From NCBI RefSeq assembly GCF_054482595.1, contig NZ_CM137008.1: a DNA stretch of 64,000 nt, one strand, 5' to 3'. Shown here one piece after another: positions 26,645-38,403 of this stretch (positions within the stretch are counted from its first letter, which is position 1; each line of letters begins with the position of its first letter). The notes beneath the pieces were generated by a model. The model saw only the letters and a list, made by a program, of their open reading frames with translations, did no database searches and was not told the origin of the DNA. The position numbers and the translations under genes were made by a program.

Positions 26645-27323
26645 GGCCCTGCTGACAGCGGTCTGTATGCTGGCGGCACCTTTGACACAGGCGATTTCGG
26701 TCGGCAATCTGACATTTTCGCTGCCGTCCGAGACTGACTTTGTCAGCAAACGTGTAGTGAATAACAACAAAAGCGCACGGATATACCGTATTGCCATCAG
26801 TGCTATTGATAGCCCGGGCAGCAGTGAATTGCGCACCCGACCGGTGGATGGTGAACTGCTTTTCGCCCCCCGCCAGCTGGCGTTGCAGGCTGGTGAGAGC
26901 GAGTATTTTAAATTTTACTATCATGGTCCACAGGATAACCGCGAGCGCTACTACCGGGTCTCATTTCGCGAGGTCCCCACTCGTAACCTGACAAAACGCA
27001 GCCCTACCGGCGGTGAGGTCAGCACGGAGCCGGTGGTGGTGATGGATACCATTCTGGTAGTACGACCACGTCAGGTTCAGTTTAAATGGTCCTTCGACAA
27101 GGTGACAGGAACGGTAAGTAACACCGGCAACACATGGTTTAAGCTACTGATTAAGCCAGGATGTGATTCGACCGAAGAGGAAGGCGATGCCTGGTATCTA
27201 CGTCCGGGAGACGTGGTTCATCAGCCTGAGTTACGTCAGCCGGGGAATCATTATCTGGTCTATAACGACAAATTCATTAAGATTAGCGATTCCTGTCCGG
27301 CTAAGCCCCCTTCGGCGGACTGA
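26613..27323 (+). CDS. ecpE: Second pilus chaperone EcpE
   Basis: ORF 26568..27323; likely start [14 protein letters not shown] (236 aa); paralogous to EcpB (shared YYRVSF/YYRIVWF-type chaperone motifs). Confidence 0.85.
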   Translation: MFRRRGVTLTKALLTAVCMLAAPLTQAISVGNLTFSLPSETDFVSKRVVNNNKSARIYRIAISAIDSPGSSELRTRPVDGELLFAPRQLALQAGESEYFKFYYHGPQDNRERYYRVSFREVPTRNLTKRSPTGGEVSTEPVVVMDTILVVRPRQVQFKWSFDKVTGTVSNTGNTWFKLLIKPGCDSTEEEGDAWYLRPGDVVHQPELRQPGNHYLVYNDKFIKISDSCPAKPPSAD

Positions 27324-27635
27324 TACTTATCCATCGGTCGAGGGAAGAATTCCACCTCAGAGACTCAAAAAACGTTTAAATGATGTGGAAGCGATCGTCA
27401 ATGTCACCTGTAACGATGGGCTTTCTCATATGCACACCATAGTGTTCAGGAGACACAGAAAGGTATCAGGCTGCCTGCTAACGAGTGGTTTATTCACGAA
27501 ATAGTACGTAAAATCGGTAACGGCTGGAAATCATTCAATACTCACACTATCGAAAGTACACCAGCCAACCGCGGTACGTTCTTACATACGATGTACCGCT
27601 GTTCTCTTTACGATTTATAGCTGTACTGGTGAATT

Positions 27636-27965
27636 ATGAGCAATCTGAATCCATGCATGACGTGTGGTGCCTGTTGTGCATTTTTCCGCGTCTCTTTTTA
27701 CTGGGCCGAAGCCGACGATGCTGGCGGTACCATTCCCGCCAGGCTCACTGAACAAATATCCCCTTTTCACCGATGCATGAGCGGTACCAATCAGAAAAAC
27801 CCCCGATGTATTGCCCTTGCAGGAACCCCAGGCAAAAATGCCTGCTGCACGATATATAAAAATCGATCGTCCACGTGCAGAGAATTCGCCATGTCTGGTG
27901 AGAACGGAGAAGTCAATGAGGCTTGCAATCGTGCAAGGGCTAAATACGGGCTGACACCGTTATAA
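27636..27965 (+). CDS. ykgJ: YkgJ-family Cys-rich (Fe-S/Zn-binding, UPF0153) protein
   Basis: 109-aa [14 protein letters not shown] and CTIY...CREF cysteine clusters. Confidence 0.8.
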   Translation: MSNLNPCMTCGACCAFFRVSFYWAEADDAGGTIPARLTEQISPFHRCMSGTNQKNPRCIALAGTPGKNACCTIYKNRSSTCREFAMSGENGEVNEACNRARAKYGLTPL

Positions 27966-27987
27966 ATATACAATAATTAATTGCACT

Positions 27988-28020
27988 GCCCCGCCAGCGA
28001 TAATAGCGGGGCTTCGTTTT
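27988..28020 (+). terminator. Rho-independent terminator after ykgJ
   Basis: gccccgccagcgataatagcggggc followed by ttcgtttt. Confidence 0.6.
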
Positions 28021-28169
28021 CAGGGACAACAAAACCCGAAACTTCTTGTATTTGCCAGCAACAATGCCTCTCTTCTGTAGCGTTCTTCGGATCTACATCA
28101 TCCTGAAGTAGCGCGATATACTCACTGACTATCTGAATCAGAATATAAAAAGCAATGTTTTTAACCTAT

Positions 28170-28199
28170 AAAAATGGCGCTGTATTTGCGCCATTTTTA
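28170..28199 (-). terminator. Rho-independent terminator after yagU
   Basis: aaaaatggcgctgtatttgcgccattttt; symmetric A/T runs. Confidence 0.6.
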
Positions 28200-28211
28200 T
28201 CATTCAATGCA

Positions 28212-28826
28212 TTATCTGTTTGAGCCTAAGGGGATCTCAGGGTCTGGCTCATGAGTAATTCTGTTTCGTAAATCTCTGCGAATAATTTCAATGGACCAGA
28301 ACCAGACTAAATGTCCAAAAATTTCAGAAACATTCTCATACCACGGGAGATCAAAAAGAGGTGGTGTCAGTCCCATGAGAGGGAATGAAATCATATGAAC
28401 AAAAAGTTGGGCTAAAGCACCTGCCAGTAAGCCCTGCCAGAGTTTAATTTTTGGAAATACTTCAGCGACCACACAATAACCGACAGCAAACACTATCGAA
28501 AAGATAATGTGCGTAACACCAACCCAGTTAAAGATATGCCCGGCAAAGGTATAAACAGCCGCATTGGGATCTGTCAGCCCCAGCCAGTCTCGAAGAAAAA
28601 TATACGGAGGATTGAGAAAATTACGCGAGCAATCAATTTGCCCAGCAGCCCTGATTAATGATTCCGGGCCACACGCTGCATTAAACATATCCACCGGGCT
28701 ACGTGGAGGCAATGGAACTTCAGCCCCCCACTTCACAAATGCGGAAACAACGCCAGCAATCAGCCCAATGAATGCAGCAAGACCATAACGTCTGCGGTTC
28801 GGTGGAGTTTGTTCAAATATATTCAT
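28212..28826 (-). CDS. yagU: Inner-membrane DUF1440 protein YagU
   Basis: 204-aa ORF; multiple hydrophobic helices; position next to pao operon. Confidence 0.8.
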   Translation of the reverse strand: MNIFEQTPPNRRRYGLAAFIGLIAGVVSAFVKWGAEVPLPPRSPVDMFNAACGPESLIRAAGQIDCSRNFLNPPYIFLRDWLGLTDPNAAVYTFAGHIFNWVGVTHIIFSIVFAVGYCVVAEVFPKIKLWQGLLAGALAQLFVHMISFPLMGLTPPLFDLPWYENVSEIFGHLVWFWSIEIIRRDLRNRITHEPDPEIPLGSNR

Positions 28827-29243
28827 ATCTACCCTGCTTGTACCATTATGTTATACACCTCTTTAGGAGTATTCATAAAACAAGGCGAATGTAAAGAACT
28901 GTATTGTTTTGTATAACAAGATGGTTGTCTAATCGCCAAAGAATATAAGCACCATCATTTCTCCCTATTTTTATATTAGAAGTGACATAGATTTGCAGGG
29001 TGATGCAGAGCTGACAATCACAGGTTTCCTTATCGGTTTTTGCATCGTACAACTCAAGCAATAAACCAGCTCCCATCATCATCAACATCCCGGCGAACAT
29101 GAATTTATTAGCCGGGCTCATAGCTGCATTCGCGTTTTAAGAATAATCCTCCTGCTGTCGCCGACTATGCTTAACGTTTAAAAAAGCATCAGCACTCTCG
29201 CAACGCACTCTTATTTTCCCCTTTAGAATACCGGAGGCCTGGT

Positions 29244-29933
29244 ATGAGCAACCAAGGCGAATACCCCGAAGATAATCGGGTTGGGAAGCACGAGCCGCAC
29301 GATTTTAGTTTGACCCGTCGCGATCTGATTAAAGTGAGCGCCGCAACGGCGGCGACCGCCGTGGTTTATCCTCATTCTACGCTTGCGGCAAGCGTTCCGG
29401 CAGTTACACCCGCGCCAGAGATAATGCCCCTGACACTTAAGGTGAACGGCAAAACCGAGCAGCTTGAGGTGGATACCCGAACCACGCTACTGGACGCTTT
29501 GCGTGAAAATCTGCATTTGATCGGTACCAAGAAAGGTTGCGATCACGGACAGTGCGGAGCCTGTACCGTGCTGGTCAATGGTCGCAGGCTTAATGCCTGC
29601 CTGACGCTTGCAGTCATGCATCAGGGGGCCGAGATCACCACCATTGAAGGCCTGGGTTCACCAGATAATCTTCACCCCATGCAGGCGGCCTTTATCAAGC
29701 ATGATGGCTTCCAGTGCGGCTACTGCACCTCCGGGCAAATTTGCTCATCAGTAGCGGTGCTAAAAGAGATTCAGGACGGCATTCCCAGTCACGTCACGGT
29801 CGATTTGGTTTCCCCTCCAGAAAGAACTGCCGATGAGATCCGTGAACGTATGAGCGGCAACATCTGTCGCTGTGGTGCATACGCTAACATCCTTGCCGCC
29901 ATTGAAGACGCTGCGGGGGAGATAAAATCATGA
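29244..29933 (+). CDS. paoA: Periplasmic aldehyde oxidoreductase 2Fe-2S subunit PaoA
   Basis: 229-aa ORF; Tat signal ([20 protein letters not shown]); two [2Fe-2S] Cys clusters ([19 protein letters not shown]). Confidence 0.9.
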   Translation: MSNQGEYPEDNRVGKHEPHDFSLTRRDLIKVSAATAATAVVYPHSTLAASVPAVTPAPEIMPLTLKVNGKTEQLEVDTRTTLLDALRENLHLIGTKKGCDHGQCGACTVLVNGRRLNACLTLAVMHQGAEITTIEGLGSPDNLHPMQAAFIKHDGFQCGYCTSGQICSSVAVLKEIQDGIPSHVTVDLVSPPERTADEIRERMSGNICRCGAYANILAAIEDAAGEIKS

Positions 29934-30886
29934 AGGCGTTTACCTATGAACGAGTGAACACCCCGGCCGAGGCGGCACTTAGCGCTCAGCGCGTACCCGG
30001 CGCAAAATTTATCGCGGGCGGGACCAATCTGCTGGACCTGATGAAGCTGGAAATTGAAACGCCCACCCACCTTATCGATGTGAACGGGCTCGGGCTCGAT
30101 AAGATTGAAGTGACCGACGCGGGTGGGCTGCGCATCGGCGCACTGGTACGGAACACCGACCTGGCGGCTCACGAGCGCGTGCGTCGTGATTACGCGATAC
30201 TCTCCCGCGCCCTGCTCGCTGGCGCGTCTGGTCAGTTACGCAATCAGGCAACCACCGCAGGTAATCTGCTCCAGCGCACGCGCTGCCCCTATTTTTACGA
30301 CACCAATCAGCCCTGCAATAAGCGCCTGCCCGGGAGCGGCTGCGCGGCGCTTGAAGGCTTTAGCCGTCAGCACGCGGTGGTAGGCGTAAGCGAAGCCTGC
30401 ATTGCCACCCATCCGAGCGATATGGCGGTCGCAATGCGGTTGCTGGATGCGGTGGTGGAAACCATCACGCCGGAGGGAAAGACTCGCAGTATCACACTGG
30501 CTGATTTTTATCACCCACCGGGGAAAACGCCGCACATTGAAACCGCCCTGCTTCCCGGTGAGCTTATCGTTGCGGTGACGTTACCTCCGCCGCTCGGCGG
30601 AAAACATATTTACCGTAAGGTGCGCGATCGCGCCTCCTACGCCTTTGCCCTGGTATCGGTCGCGGCGATTATTCAGCCTGACGGCAGCGGGCGCGTCGCG
30701 CTGGGCGGAGTAGCACATAAGCCCTGGCGCATTGAGGCTGCGGATGCTCAACTATCCCAGGGGGCGCAGGCCGTATATGACGCGCTGTTCGCCAGCGCCC
30801 ATCCCACCGCTGAAAACACCTTTAAACTCCTGTTGGCGAAGCGAACGCTTGCCTCCGTACTGGCTGAAGCGAGGGCACAAGCATGA
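29930..30886 (+). CDS. paoB: Aldehyde oxidoreductase FAD-binding subunit PaoB
   Basis: 318-aa ORF; FAD-binding CO-dehydrogenase-medium-subunit-like; translationally coupled to paoA and paoC. Confidence 0.9.
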   Translation: MKAFTYERVNTPAEAALSAQRVPGAKFIAGGTNLLDLMKLEIETPTHLIDVNGLGLDKIEVTDAGGLRIGALVRNTDLAAHERVRRDYAILSRALLAGASGQLRNQATTAGNLLQRTRCPYFYDTNQPCNKRLPGSGCAALEGFSRQHAVVGVSEACIATHPSDMAVAMRLLDAVVETITPEGKTRSITLADFYHPPGKTPHIETALLPGELIVAVTLPPPLGGKHIYRKVRDRASYAFALVSVAAIIQPDGSGRVALGGVAHKPWRIEAADAQLSQGAQAVYDALFASAHPTAENTFKLLLAKRTLASVLAEARAQA

Positions 30887-33081
30887 AATTTGATAAACCC
30901 GCAGGGGAAAACCCGATCGATCAGCTGAAGGTTGTCGGTCGTCCCCATGACCGCATCGACGGACCGCTGAAAACTACCGGCACGGCACGCTACGCCTACG
31001 AATGGCATGAAGAATCCCCCAACGCCGCCTATGGCTATATCGTCGGTTCCGCCATTGCCAAAGGACGCCTCACCGCCCTTGATACGGACGCCGCGCAAAA
31101 AGCGCCGGGCGTACTGGCTGTCATTACCGCCAGTAACGCCGGGGCACTCAGTAAAGGCGACAAAAACACCGCCAGGCTGTTAGGCGGCCCCACTATTGAG
31201 CACTATCATCAGGCCATTGCGCTGGTAGTGGCCGAGACCTTCGAACAGGCGCGAGCGGCGGCCTCGCTGGTGCAGGCGCACTATCGCCGTAATAAAGGAG
31301 CTTACTCCCTGGCGGACGAAAAACAGGCCGTCAGTCAGCCGCCGGAAGACACGCCCGACAAAAACGTCGGTGACTTTGACGGGGCTTTCTCCTCCGCTGC
31401 GGTGAAGATTGATGCTACCTACACGACCCCGGATCAGAGCCATATGGCGATGGAGCCGCATGCCTCGATGGCCGTCTGGGATGGAAATAAGCTTACTCTC
31501 TGGACCTCAAATCAGATGATTGACTGGTGCCGCACCGATCTGGCAAAAACGCTGAAAGTGCCCGTGGAGAATGTGCGTATTATCTCCCCGTATATCGGCG
31601 GAGGGTTTGGCGGCAAGCTGTTCCTGAGAAGCGATGCGCTGCTGGCAGCCCTCGCCGCCCGAGCGGTGAAACGTCCGGTTAAAGTGATGCTCCCCCGCCC
31701 CACTATTCCCAATAACACCACGCACCGCCCCGCCACCCTTCAGCACTTGCGTATCGGTGCCGACCAGAGCGGGAAAATCACCGCTATCTCACATGAAAGC
31801 TGGTCCGGAAACCTGCCCGGCGGCACGCCGGAAACGGCGGTACAGCAAAGCGAATTACTCTACGCCGGGGCAAACCGTCATACCGGCCTGCGGCTCGCCA
31901 CGCTTGATTTGCCGGAAGGGAACGCCATGCGTGCGCCCGGCGAAGCCCCCGGTCTGATGGCGCTCGAAATCGCGATCGACGAACTGGCGGAAAAAGCGGG
32001 CATCGATCCCGTCGAGTTTCGCATCCTGAATGACACTCAGGTTGACCCCGCCGACCCGACGCGCCGCTTCTCTCGCCGTCAGCTTATCGAGTGCTTGCGC
32101 ACCGGAGCGGATAAATTTGGCTGGAAGCAGCGCAACGCCACACCCGGACAGGTGCGCGACGGGGAGTGGCTGGTCGGCCACGGTGTTGCGGCGGGCTTTC
32201 GCAATAATCTGCTGGAAAAATCGGGTGCTCGGGTTCACCTCGAACAAAACGGCACCGTTACCGTAGAAACGGACATGACCGACATTGGCACCGGCAGCTA
32301 CACCATTCTGGCCCAGACGGCAGCGGAAATGCTTGGCGTACCGCTGGAGCAGGTTGCGGTTCACCTCGGCGATTCCAGTTTCCCGGTTTCTGCGGGTTCT
32401 GGTGGACAATGGGGCGCGAATACCTCCACCTCCGGCGTTTACGCCGCCTGTATGAAGCTTCGCGAAATGATTGCCTCGACAGTCGGGTTTGATCCTGAGC
32501 AGTCGCAGTTTGCCGACGGCAAGATTACCAACGGTACCCGAAGCGCCACGCTACATGAGGCCACCGCAGGCGGCAGACTGACAGCGGAAGAGAGCATTGA
32601 ATTCGGAACACTGAGCAAGGAGTACCAGCAGTCGACCTTTGCCGGGCATTTTGTGGAGGTCGGCGTGCATAGCGCGACGGGAGAAGTTCGGGTCCGGCGT
32701 ATGCTCGCTGTGTGTGCTGCAGGACGCATCCTGAATCCGAAAACTGCACGCAGCCAGGTCATTGGCGCAATGACTATGGGCATGGGCGCGGCACTGATGG
32801 AGGAGCTGGCGGTGGATGACCGTTTGGGCTACTTCGTTAATCACGATATGGCGGGGTATGAGGTGCCGGTCCATGCGGATATCCCAAAACAGGAGGTGAT
32901 TTTCCTGGATGATACCGACCCCATATCCTCCCCGATGAAGGCCAAAGGTGTCGGTGAGCTGGGCCTGTGCGGCGTGAGCGCGGCTATCGCCAACGCGGTG
33001 TATAACGCCACCGGTATTCGGGTACGGGATTATCCCATCACTCTGGATAAGCTGCTCGATAAGCTGCCGGATGTGGTTTAA
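30883..33081 (+). CDS. paoC: Aldehyde oxidoreductase molybdopterin subunit PaoC
   Basis: 732-aa ORF; xanthine-dehydrogenase-family molybdopterin-binding domains. Confidence 0.9.
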   Translation: MKFDKPAGENPIDQLKVVGRPHDRIDGPLKTTGTARYAYEWHEESPNAAYGYIVGSAIAKGRLTALDTDAAQKAPGVLAVITASNAGALSKGDKNTARLLGGPTIEHYHQAIALVVAETFEQARAAASLVQAHYRRNKGAYSLADEKQAVSQPPEDTPDKNVGDFDGAFSSAAVKIDATYTTPDQSHMAMEPHASMAVWDGNKLTLWTSNQMIDWCRTDLAKTLKVPVENVRIISPYIGGGFGGKLFLRSDALLAALAARAVKRPVKVMLPRPTIPNNTTHRPATLQHLRIGADQSGKITAISHESWSGNLPGGTPETAVQQSELLYAGANRHTGLRLATLDLPEGNAMRAPGEAPGLMALEIAIDELAEKAGIDPVEFRILNDTQVDPADPTRRFSRRQLIECLRTGADKFGWKQRNATPGQVRDGEWLVGHGVAAGFRNNLLEKSGARVHLEQNGTVTVETDMTDIGTGSYTILAQTAAEMLGVPLEQVAVHLGDSSFPVSAGSGGQWGANTSTSGVYAACMKLREMIASTVGFDPEQSQFADGKITNGTRSATLHEATAGGRLTAEESIEFGTLSKEYQQSTFAGHFVEVGVHSATGEVRVRRMLAVCAAGRILNPKTARSQVIGAMTMGMGAALMEELAVDDRLGYFVNHDMAGYEVPVHADIPKQEVIFLDDTDPISSPMKAKGVGELGLCGVSAAIANAVYNATGIRVRDYPITLDKLLDKLPDVV

Positions 33082-33090
33082 GGAGGAACA

Positions 33091-34047
33091 ATGTCATACC
33101 CGCTTTTTGACAAAGACGAACACTGGCATAAGCCAGAGCAGGCGTTTCTCACCGATGACCACCGGACCATTCTGCGCTTCGCCGTAGAGGCGCTAATGTC
33201 CGGTAAAGGAGCGGTGCTGGTGACGCTGGTGGAGATACGCGGCGGCGCGGCGCGCCCGCTCGGGGCGCAGATGGTGGTGCGCGAAGATGGTCGTTACTGC
33301 GGTTTTGTCTCTGGCGGCTGCGTGGAGGCCGCTGCCGCTTTTGAAGCGCTGGAGATGATGGGCTCAGGCTGCGAACGCGAAATTCGCTATGGCGAAGGTT
33401 CGCCGTGGTTTGACATCGTTCTGCCCTGCGGCGGTGGGATCACGCTGACGCTCCATAAACTACGCTCGGCACAGCCTCTGCTCGCCGTGCTGAACCGCCT
33501 GGAACAGAGAAAACCGGCGGGGCTGCGCTACGATCCGCAAGCACAATCGTTGGTGTGCCTGCCCACGCAAACCCGAACGGGCTGGAATCTCAATGGCTTT
33601 GAGGTGGGGTTCAGGCCATGCGTCAGGCTGATGATTTACGGACGTTCTCTTGAGGCGCAGGCAACCGCGAGTCTTGCAGCAGCCACAGGCTATGACAGCC
33701 ATATCTTCGATCTTTTTCCGGCCTCAGCCAGCGCTCAGATCGATACCGATACGGCGGTCATTTTGCTGTGCCATGATCTCAACCGAGAGCTGCCAGTGTT
33801 GCAGGCCGCGCGAGAGGCAAAACCCTTTTATCTCGGCGCATTGGGCAGCTATCGAACCCACACGTTACGTCTGCAAAAGCTCCACGAGCTGGGATGGTCC
33901 AGGGAGGAGACAGCGCAAATCCGGGCACCCGTCGGGATATTTCCCAAAGCCCGGGATGCGCATACTCTGGCACTCTCCGTGCTGGCAGAAGTCGCCTCTG
34001 TACGTCTCCATCAGGAGGAGGATTCATACCTGCCCCCGTCGTCCTGA
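33091..34047 (+). CDS. paoD: XdhC-like molybdenum-cofactor insertion chaperone PaoD
   Basis: 318-aa ORF downstream of paoC. Confidence 0.85.
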   Translation: MSYPLFDKDEHWHKPEQAFLTDDHRTILRFAVEALMSGKGAVLVTLVEIRGGAARPLGAQMVVREDGRYCGFVSGGCVEAAAAFEALEMMGSGCEREIRYGEGSPWFDIVLPCGGGITLTLHKLRSAQPLLAVLNRLEQRKPAGLRYDPQAQSLVCLPTQTRTGWNLNGFEVGFRPCVRLMIYGRSLEAQATASLAAATGYDSHIFDLFPASASAQIDTDTAVILLCHDLNRELPVLQAAREAKPFYLGALGSYRTHTLRLQKLHELGWSREETAQIRAPVGIFPKARDAHTLALSVLAEVASVRLHQEEDSYLPPSS

Positions 34048-34224
34048 TCCTTGCGGCCGGGCGTGGGAAGCGCTTTCTCACCTCCGGGGAAATACCATAA
34101 ATTAAGAGAAAAATCTGCAGTAGCCGTTTTAGAAAATCACCTAAATCGTTTAAAAGAGCGCCCTACCCATAGTGGGTGCTCATCGCCTTGTGTAACTTAT
34201 TCAGCAACGCGCGCCCTCGCCGGA

Positions 34225-35418
34225 CTAAAGCGCACCGGCCTTCTGGCGTGCGGTAACAAAGGTCAGTACGCCCGCGCAAAGGAGCAGCACACTACTCATG
34301 GCAAACGTACTCTGCCAGCCAAGGCGGTCAAACACGATGCCTCCTGCCGTTGATCCAAGGGCGATTGAGAGCTGAATCACCGCGACCATGAGACCGCCTC
34401 CGGCTTCGGCGTTGTCAGGCAACGTACGCGCAATCCATGTCCACCATCCGGTTGGCGCGGCGGTGGCCAGCATGCCCCAGAGTCCTAACAGCAGCGAGAC
34501 CGTCCAGACGTGATGCCCGGTAAGCATCAGACCGATGGCAATGACGGCCATCAGTCCGGGTATGGCCATCAGCGTGGGGTAGAATTTTCTGTTGAGAAAT
34601 GTCGAAACAACCAGCGTGCCAATAAAACCGGCCACGCCGATAATCAGCAAAATCAACGACAAGCCTAAGGAATTAACCCGTGTCACCGACTCCAGAAACG
34701 GGCGCACATAGGTGAATAGCGCAAACTGCCCCATGAAAAACAGGCCACAAGCTATCATGCCGACCACAACCATGCGGCGGCTAAATAAGCGGAATACCGC
34801 GCCACATGACGTGTGGCTTTTATTCGCATCCATGCTGGGCAGACTAATGCACTGCCAGATAAAGGCGACAACCGCCATGGGCACCAGGCACAAGAAAGCG
34901 CCTCGCCATCCGACCGTAGCCCCCAGATAGCTTCCCAGCGGCGCGGCCACGACCGTCGCCAGCGCATTACCGGCGTTGAAAATCGCCAGCGCACGCGTGA
35001 CCTGATGCTGCGGCACCAGACGAATCGCCGTTGCCGCTGACATAGACCAGAATCCGCCAATGGCCACACCAATCATCGCACGACCGACCATATACATCAG
35101 ATAACTGGTAGCCAGCGCAATAATAAGCCCCGATACGGCCATCAGAACCGTCATCCCCAGCAGCAGGAACTTACGATTCATCTTTCCAGCTAGCGTTGAA
35201 AGCGTCAGGCTGGTCAGAACCGCCAGCGCACCGGAGATAGCAATCCCCTGCCCTGCAAGCCCCTCCGTCACGCCTAAATCGCGGGTAATCGGCGTGAGCA
35301 GGCTGACGGGCATAAATTCAGAAGCAATCAGCACAAACACGCACAGGGTCATGGCAAAAATACCGCCCCAGTATGCGCGCTGATGATGAGGTGATAGTGT
35401 TTGGCTTAGTGTCGACAT
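34225..35418 (-). CDS. MFS transporter (12-TM)
   Basis: 397-aa ORF; highly hydrophobic, MFS-like loop motifs. Confidence 0.8.
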   Translation of the reverse strand: MSTLSQTLSPHHQRAYWGGIFAMTLCVFVLIASEFMPVSLLTPITRDLGVTEGLAGQGIAISGALAVLTSLTLSTLAGKMNRKFLLLGMTVLMAVSGLIIALATSYLMYMVGRAMIGVAIGGFWSMSAATAIRLVPQHQVTRALAIFNAGNALATVVAAPLGSYLGATVGWRGAFLCLVPMAVVAFIWQCISLPSMDANKSHTSCGAVFRLFSRRMVVVGMIACGLFFMGQFALFTYVRPFLESVTRVNSLGLSLILLIIGVAGFIGTLVVSTFLNRKFYPTLMAIPGLMAVIAIGLMLTGHHVWTVSLLLGLWGMLATAAPTGWWTWIARTLPDNAEAGGGLMVAVIQLSIALGSTAGGIVFDRLGWQSTFAMSSVLLLCAGVLTFVTARQKAGAL

Positions 35419-35493
35419 AGTGAAATTTCACAAAGATCAGGATAAAAGCCACCAGCCTATGGCCGGTGGCTTTGCATCAATTCAGGAGAGGTT

Positions 35494-36630
35494 TTATTTC
35501 AGTTTGGTCTGGAAAAATTGTTCGAACTTCGCGAAAGGTATTTTTCCGGCCACGTTATCGTACAGGTCCACGTGATTTGCCCCTGGTACCACCACCAACT
35601 CTTTGTCTTTACTGCCAACCGCCTTGTAAGCATCTTCAGCAAAATAGCGTGAATGCGCTTTCTCACCGGTCACAATCAGCGTCGGGATGGTGATTTCACT
35701 GGCGTATCTCAACAGCGGCATATTCATAAATGACAGCGGCATCGTTGCCGTCCACGCCCCGGTAGAGTTAACGGAACGTTCGTGGAAGCCGCGCGGCATG
35801 CGATAGTAGTCAAAGAACTCTTTCAGTACCGGATGAGGATTTGCCGGCAGCGTTTCTGGCAGAATGCGCTCGCCCGCACTGACCTTGCCGTTGCTGTCGA
35901 CATTAATATCATGACCACCGTGAGCAAACGTTCCGCTCTGCGCATCCTTCCAGCGCTGTTCATTCAGATATTGCAGAACAGCACGACGGTCGGCGGTAGA
36001 ATAACGGTCTTTGCCATCCCCCACACCATGACCCATCGCCCGGCTCATGTCATACATCACGCTGGTAGCTACCGCTTTAACGCGGGTATCCATCGCCACG
36101 TCGTTCAGCGCCATGCCGCCCCAGCCACAAATACCGAGCAGCCCGATACGGTTGCGGTCTACCTCTTTTTGCAGCCCTAAGAAATCCACCGCCGCGCTGA
36201 AATCTTCAGTGTTGATATCCGGTGAGGCGACGTTTCGCGGATAGCCGCCGCTTTCCCCGGTGTAAGAAGGATCGAACGCCAGGGTAACAAACCCTCGTTC
36301 CGCCAGCGTCTGCGCATACAGGCCGCTGGATTGCTCTTTCACCGCGCCAAATGGCCCACTGACCGCAATCGCCGCCAGCTTGCGATCGCCACGGTCTTTA
36401 GGCAGGTAAAGATCGCCCACTAAGGTGATGCCATATCGGTTCGGGAACGAGACTTTACGGTGATCGACTTTCTGGCTCTCGGCGAACGTTTTATCCCATT
36501 TATCTGTCATGGACACAGGGGCATTAGGATTGGTTGAATCAGCATAACTCATTGTCGTGACTCCACTTAATGATGCGAAAAGCAGCATGGTCGGCATCGC
36601 GGTTTTTAGCGTTCGGGTGAAGGCTTTCAT
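35494..36630 (-). CDS. Secreted alpha/beta hydrolase (dienelactone-hydrolase-like)
   Basis: ORF 35494..36651; signal peptide MKAFTRTLKTAMPTMLLFASLSGVTTMSYA; LGICGWGG nucleophile elbow; paralog of 15806..16726; 75 bp upstream of the MFS gene. Confidence 0.75.
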   Translation of the reverse strand: MKAFTRTLKTAMPTMLLFASLSGVTTMSYADSTNPNAPVSMTDKWDKTFAESQKVDHRKVSFPNRYGITLVGDLYLPKDRGDRKLAAIAVSGPFGAVKEQSSGLYAQTLAERGFVTLAFDPSYTGESGGYPRNVASPDINTEDFSAAVDFLGLQKEVDRNRIGLLGICGWGGMALNDVAMDTRVKAVATSVMYDMSRAMGHGVGDGKDRYSTADRRAVLQYLNEQRWKDAQSGTFAHGGHDINVDSNGKVSAGERILPETLPANPHPVLKEFFDYYRMPRGFHERSVNSTGAWTATMPLSFMNMPLLRYASEITIPTLIVTGEKAHSRYFAEDAYKAVGSKDKELVVVPGANHVDLYDNVAGKIPFAKFEQFFQTKLK

Positions 36631-36816
36631 AAAAATCCCCATAAAAAACAACAGAGAGATACAGGTTTCCGACGGACAACGCTGCGGTGCTTTACTTTGA
36701 TGGGGTCATTATAGTGAGCAGAATTAGTGCTGATTAGGGGGCGATTAATGCTAAGATTAATACCATATTGTTATAAATTAATGCGGAGATTGCCGGCATG
36801 AAGGGGGGATGTTTCA

Positions 36817-37701
36817 ATGGCGAAAAGGGAGAACTACAACGAGCTGTACCTGTTTATGCAGGTGGTGCGGGAAGGCAGCTTTACCGCAGCGGCTCAGCGG
36901 CTGGGTCTTGCTCAGTCAGGAGTCAGCCGTTCTGTTCGCGAGCTTGAAGAAAGGCTGGGTGTCCAGCTGCTAGTGCGCACCACGCGTAAACTGTCGCTGA
37001 CACAAGCAGGCGAGCAGCTCTACCAGAAGACGGCATCTGGATTTGAAATGTTAGATCTTGGGCTTGCCACACTGGCGCACTATCGAGAGACGCCCTCCGG
37101 CACGGTGCGTATCAATGCCAGCCAGCACGCGATTGATAAATGCCTGCTGCCAAAGCTGGCGGTATTTAAACAGCGATATCCTGATATCCGGCTTGAACTG
37201 ATAAATGAGAGCCGGTTCGTCGATATCATCGAGGAAAGATTCGATGCAGGTGTCCGCCTGGGGCCTGAAGTCGGCCAGGGTATGGTCGCGGTACGCATCA
37301 CGCCCGATATGGAGATGGCAATTGTGGGGACTCCGGAACATTTTCGTCGCTATGGTTTTCCGCAAACTCCGGCGGATTTAAAGGCGCATCCCTGTATCGC
37401 CTATCAGTTTGCCGACGGCAGCGTATACCAGTGGGAACTCAATCAGGATGATAAAAAAATCACTCATCGCCCTGAAGGACAATGGGCCCTATCCGACAGC
37501 TATATGGAAGCAGAAGCCGCCCGGCTGGGCCTCGGATTGGCCTATGTTCCTGTTGAACTGGTCGCGGATGATTTAGAACACGGTAAGCTTATCAGGGTGT
37601 TGCAGCGTTACAGCCTGCGAATGGAGGGATTGTTTCTCTATTACCCTCATCGCAACGTCTCCCCCGCCCTGCGGATGGTCATTGATACATTGAAAATCTG
37701 A
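36817..37701 (+). CDS. LysR-family transcriptional regulator
   Basis: 294-aa ORF divergent from the hydrolase-MFS pair; HTH FTAAAQRLGLAQSGVSRSVRELEERLGVQLLVRTTR. Confidence 0.85.
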   Translation: MAKRENYNELYLFMQVVREGSFTAAAQRLGLAQSGVSRSVRELEERLGVQLLVRTTRKLSLTQAGEQLYQKTASGFEMLDLGLATLAHYRETPSGTVRINASQHAIDKCLLPKLAVFKQRYPDIRLELINESRFVDIIEERFDAGVRLGPEVGQGMVAVRITPDMEMAIVGTPEHFRRYGFPQTPADLKAHPCIAYQFADGSVYQWELNQDDKKITHRPEGQWALSDSYMEAEAARLGLGLAYVPVELVADDLEHGKLIRVLQRYSLRMEGLFLYYPHRNVSPALRMVIDTLKI

Positions 37702-37926
37702 ACGTTAATAACGACCGACTCTTCACTGTGCAAAATTGTGTCAGGTAATCCCTCTGCGTTCAATTCCAGGGTCTGCTTTGAGCGAGAAAGATCAGACTTA
37801 TCTGTACAAGGGGACTATCCAGCAATGGAGATCATCCAAAAGAAAAAACCACCTGGCTCCCCTCGACAACCTTAATCCGGGCATTTAGCCTCAATCAACA
37901 TTTTCATATCTGTCAGGTTACTTCAT

Positions 37927-38200
37927 TATGAAAACCGATCAATATCGTTGTTTTTGTTGCAACAGTAGAATACGCGTATTTATCCCTCCATTTCTATTAA
38001 TAACGGCAATAAACTGTTCATTTCACTGATATTTAAAATATGCATCCTTTTCAAGCTGTTCAGCGGCATAAGAAAACGTATTAAATATGAATTCGACGAT
38101 TTAACCATTTCTGTCTGATTGGTAATCATCTGTGATTAATGCTGGTCTATTGATTACGCCAGCATTAACCGCTTAGGGATGTATTCTTCCTGTTGATATA
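37927..38200 (+). repeat. Degraded paralog of the ykgR-ykgM-ykgO locus
   Basis: 37940-38040 aligns to 18625-18725 (about 90% identity by eye); 38050-38085 resembles the last codons of ykgO; 38090-38200 resembles the terminator region 19450-19560; the ykgR-like frame is disrupted. Confidence 0.6.
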
Positions 38201-38403
38201 CAGCCCTCGAAAAAGAGAGAAAATAAAACTGTGTCCAATATTACTCTACCACTCCAGACCGAAGCATCGGTAGAATTAGCAGAACGACTGGTACAATAGA
38301 TTGGGATAGCGTCATTTGTCAGGTATTCCATTGCCTGACAAATGACAATTTTGAGTCAATAGACGTGCTTCTTGATCATGTCTTAAAAATTATACCATGA
38401 GCC

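Noticed and set aside
27163-27504. 113-aa plus-strand ORF extending past ecpE
   Set aside because: Mostly an alternative frame of the ecpE 3' end; no motifs and no translation signals.
28873-29121. 82-aa minus-strand ORF between yagU and paoA with a hydrophobic N-terminus
   Set aside because: No convincing ribosome-binding site at the right spacing and a low-complexity C-terminal half; could be a small membrane protein but evidence is insufficient.
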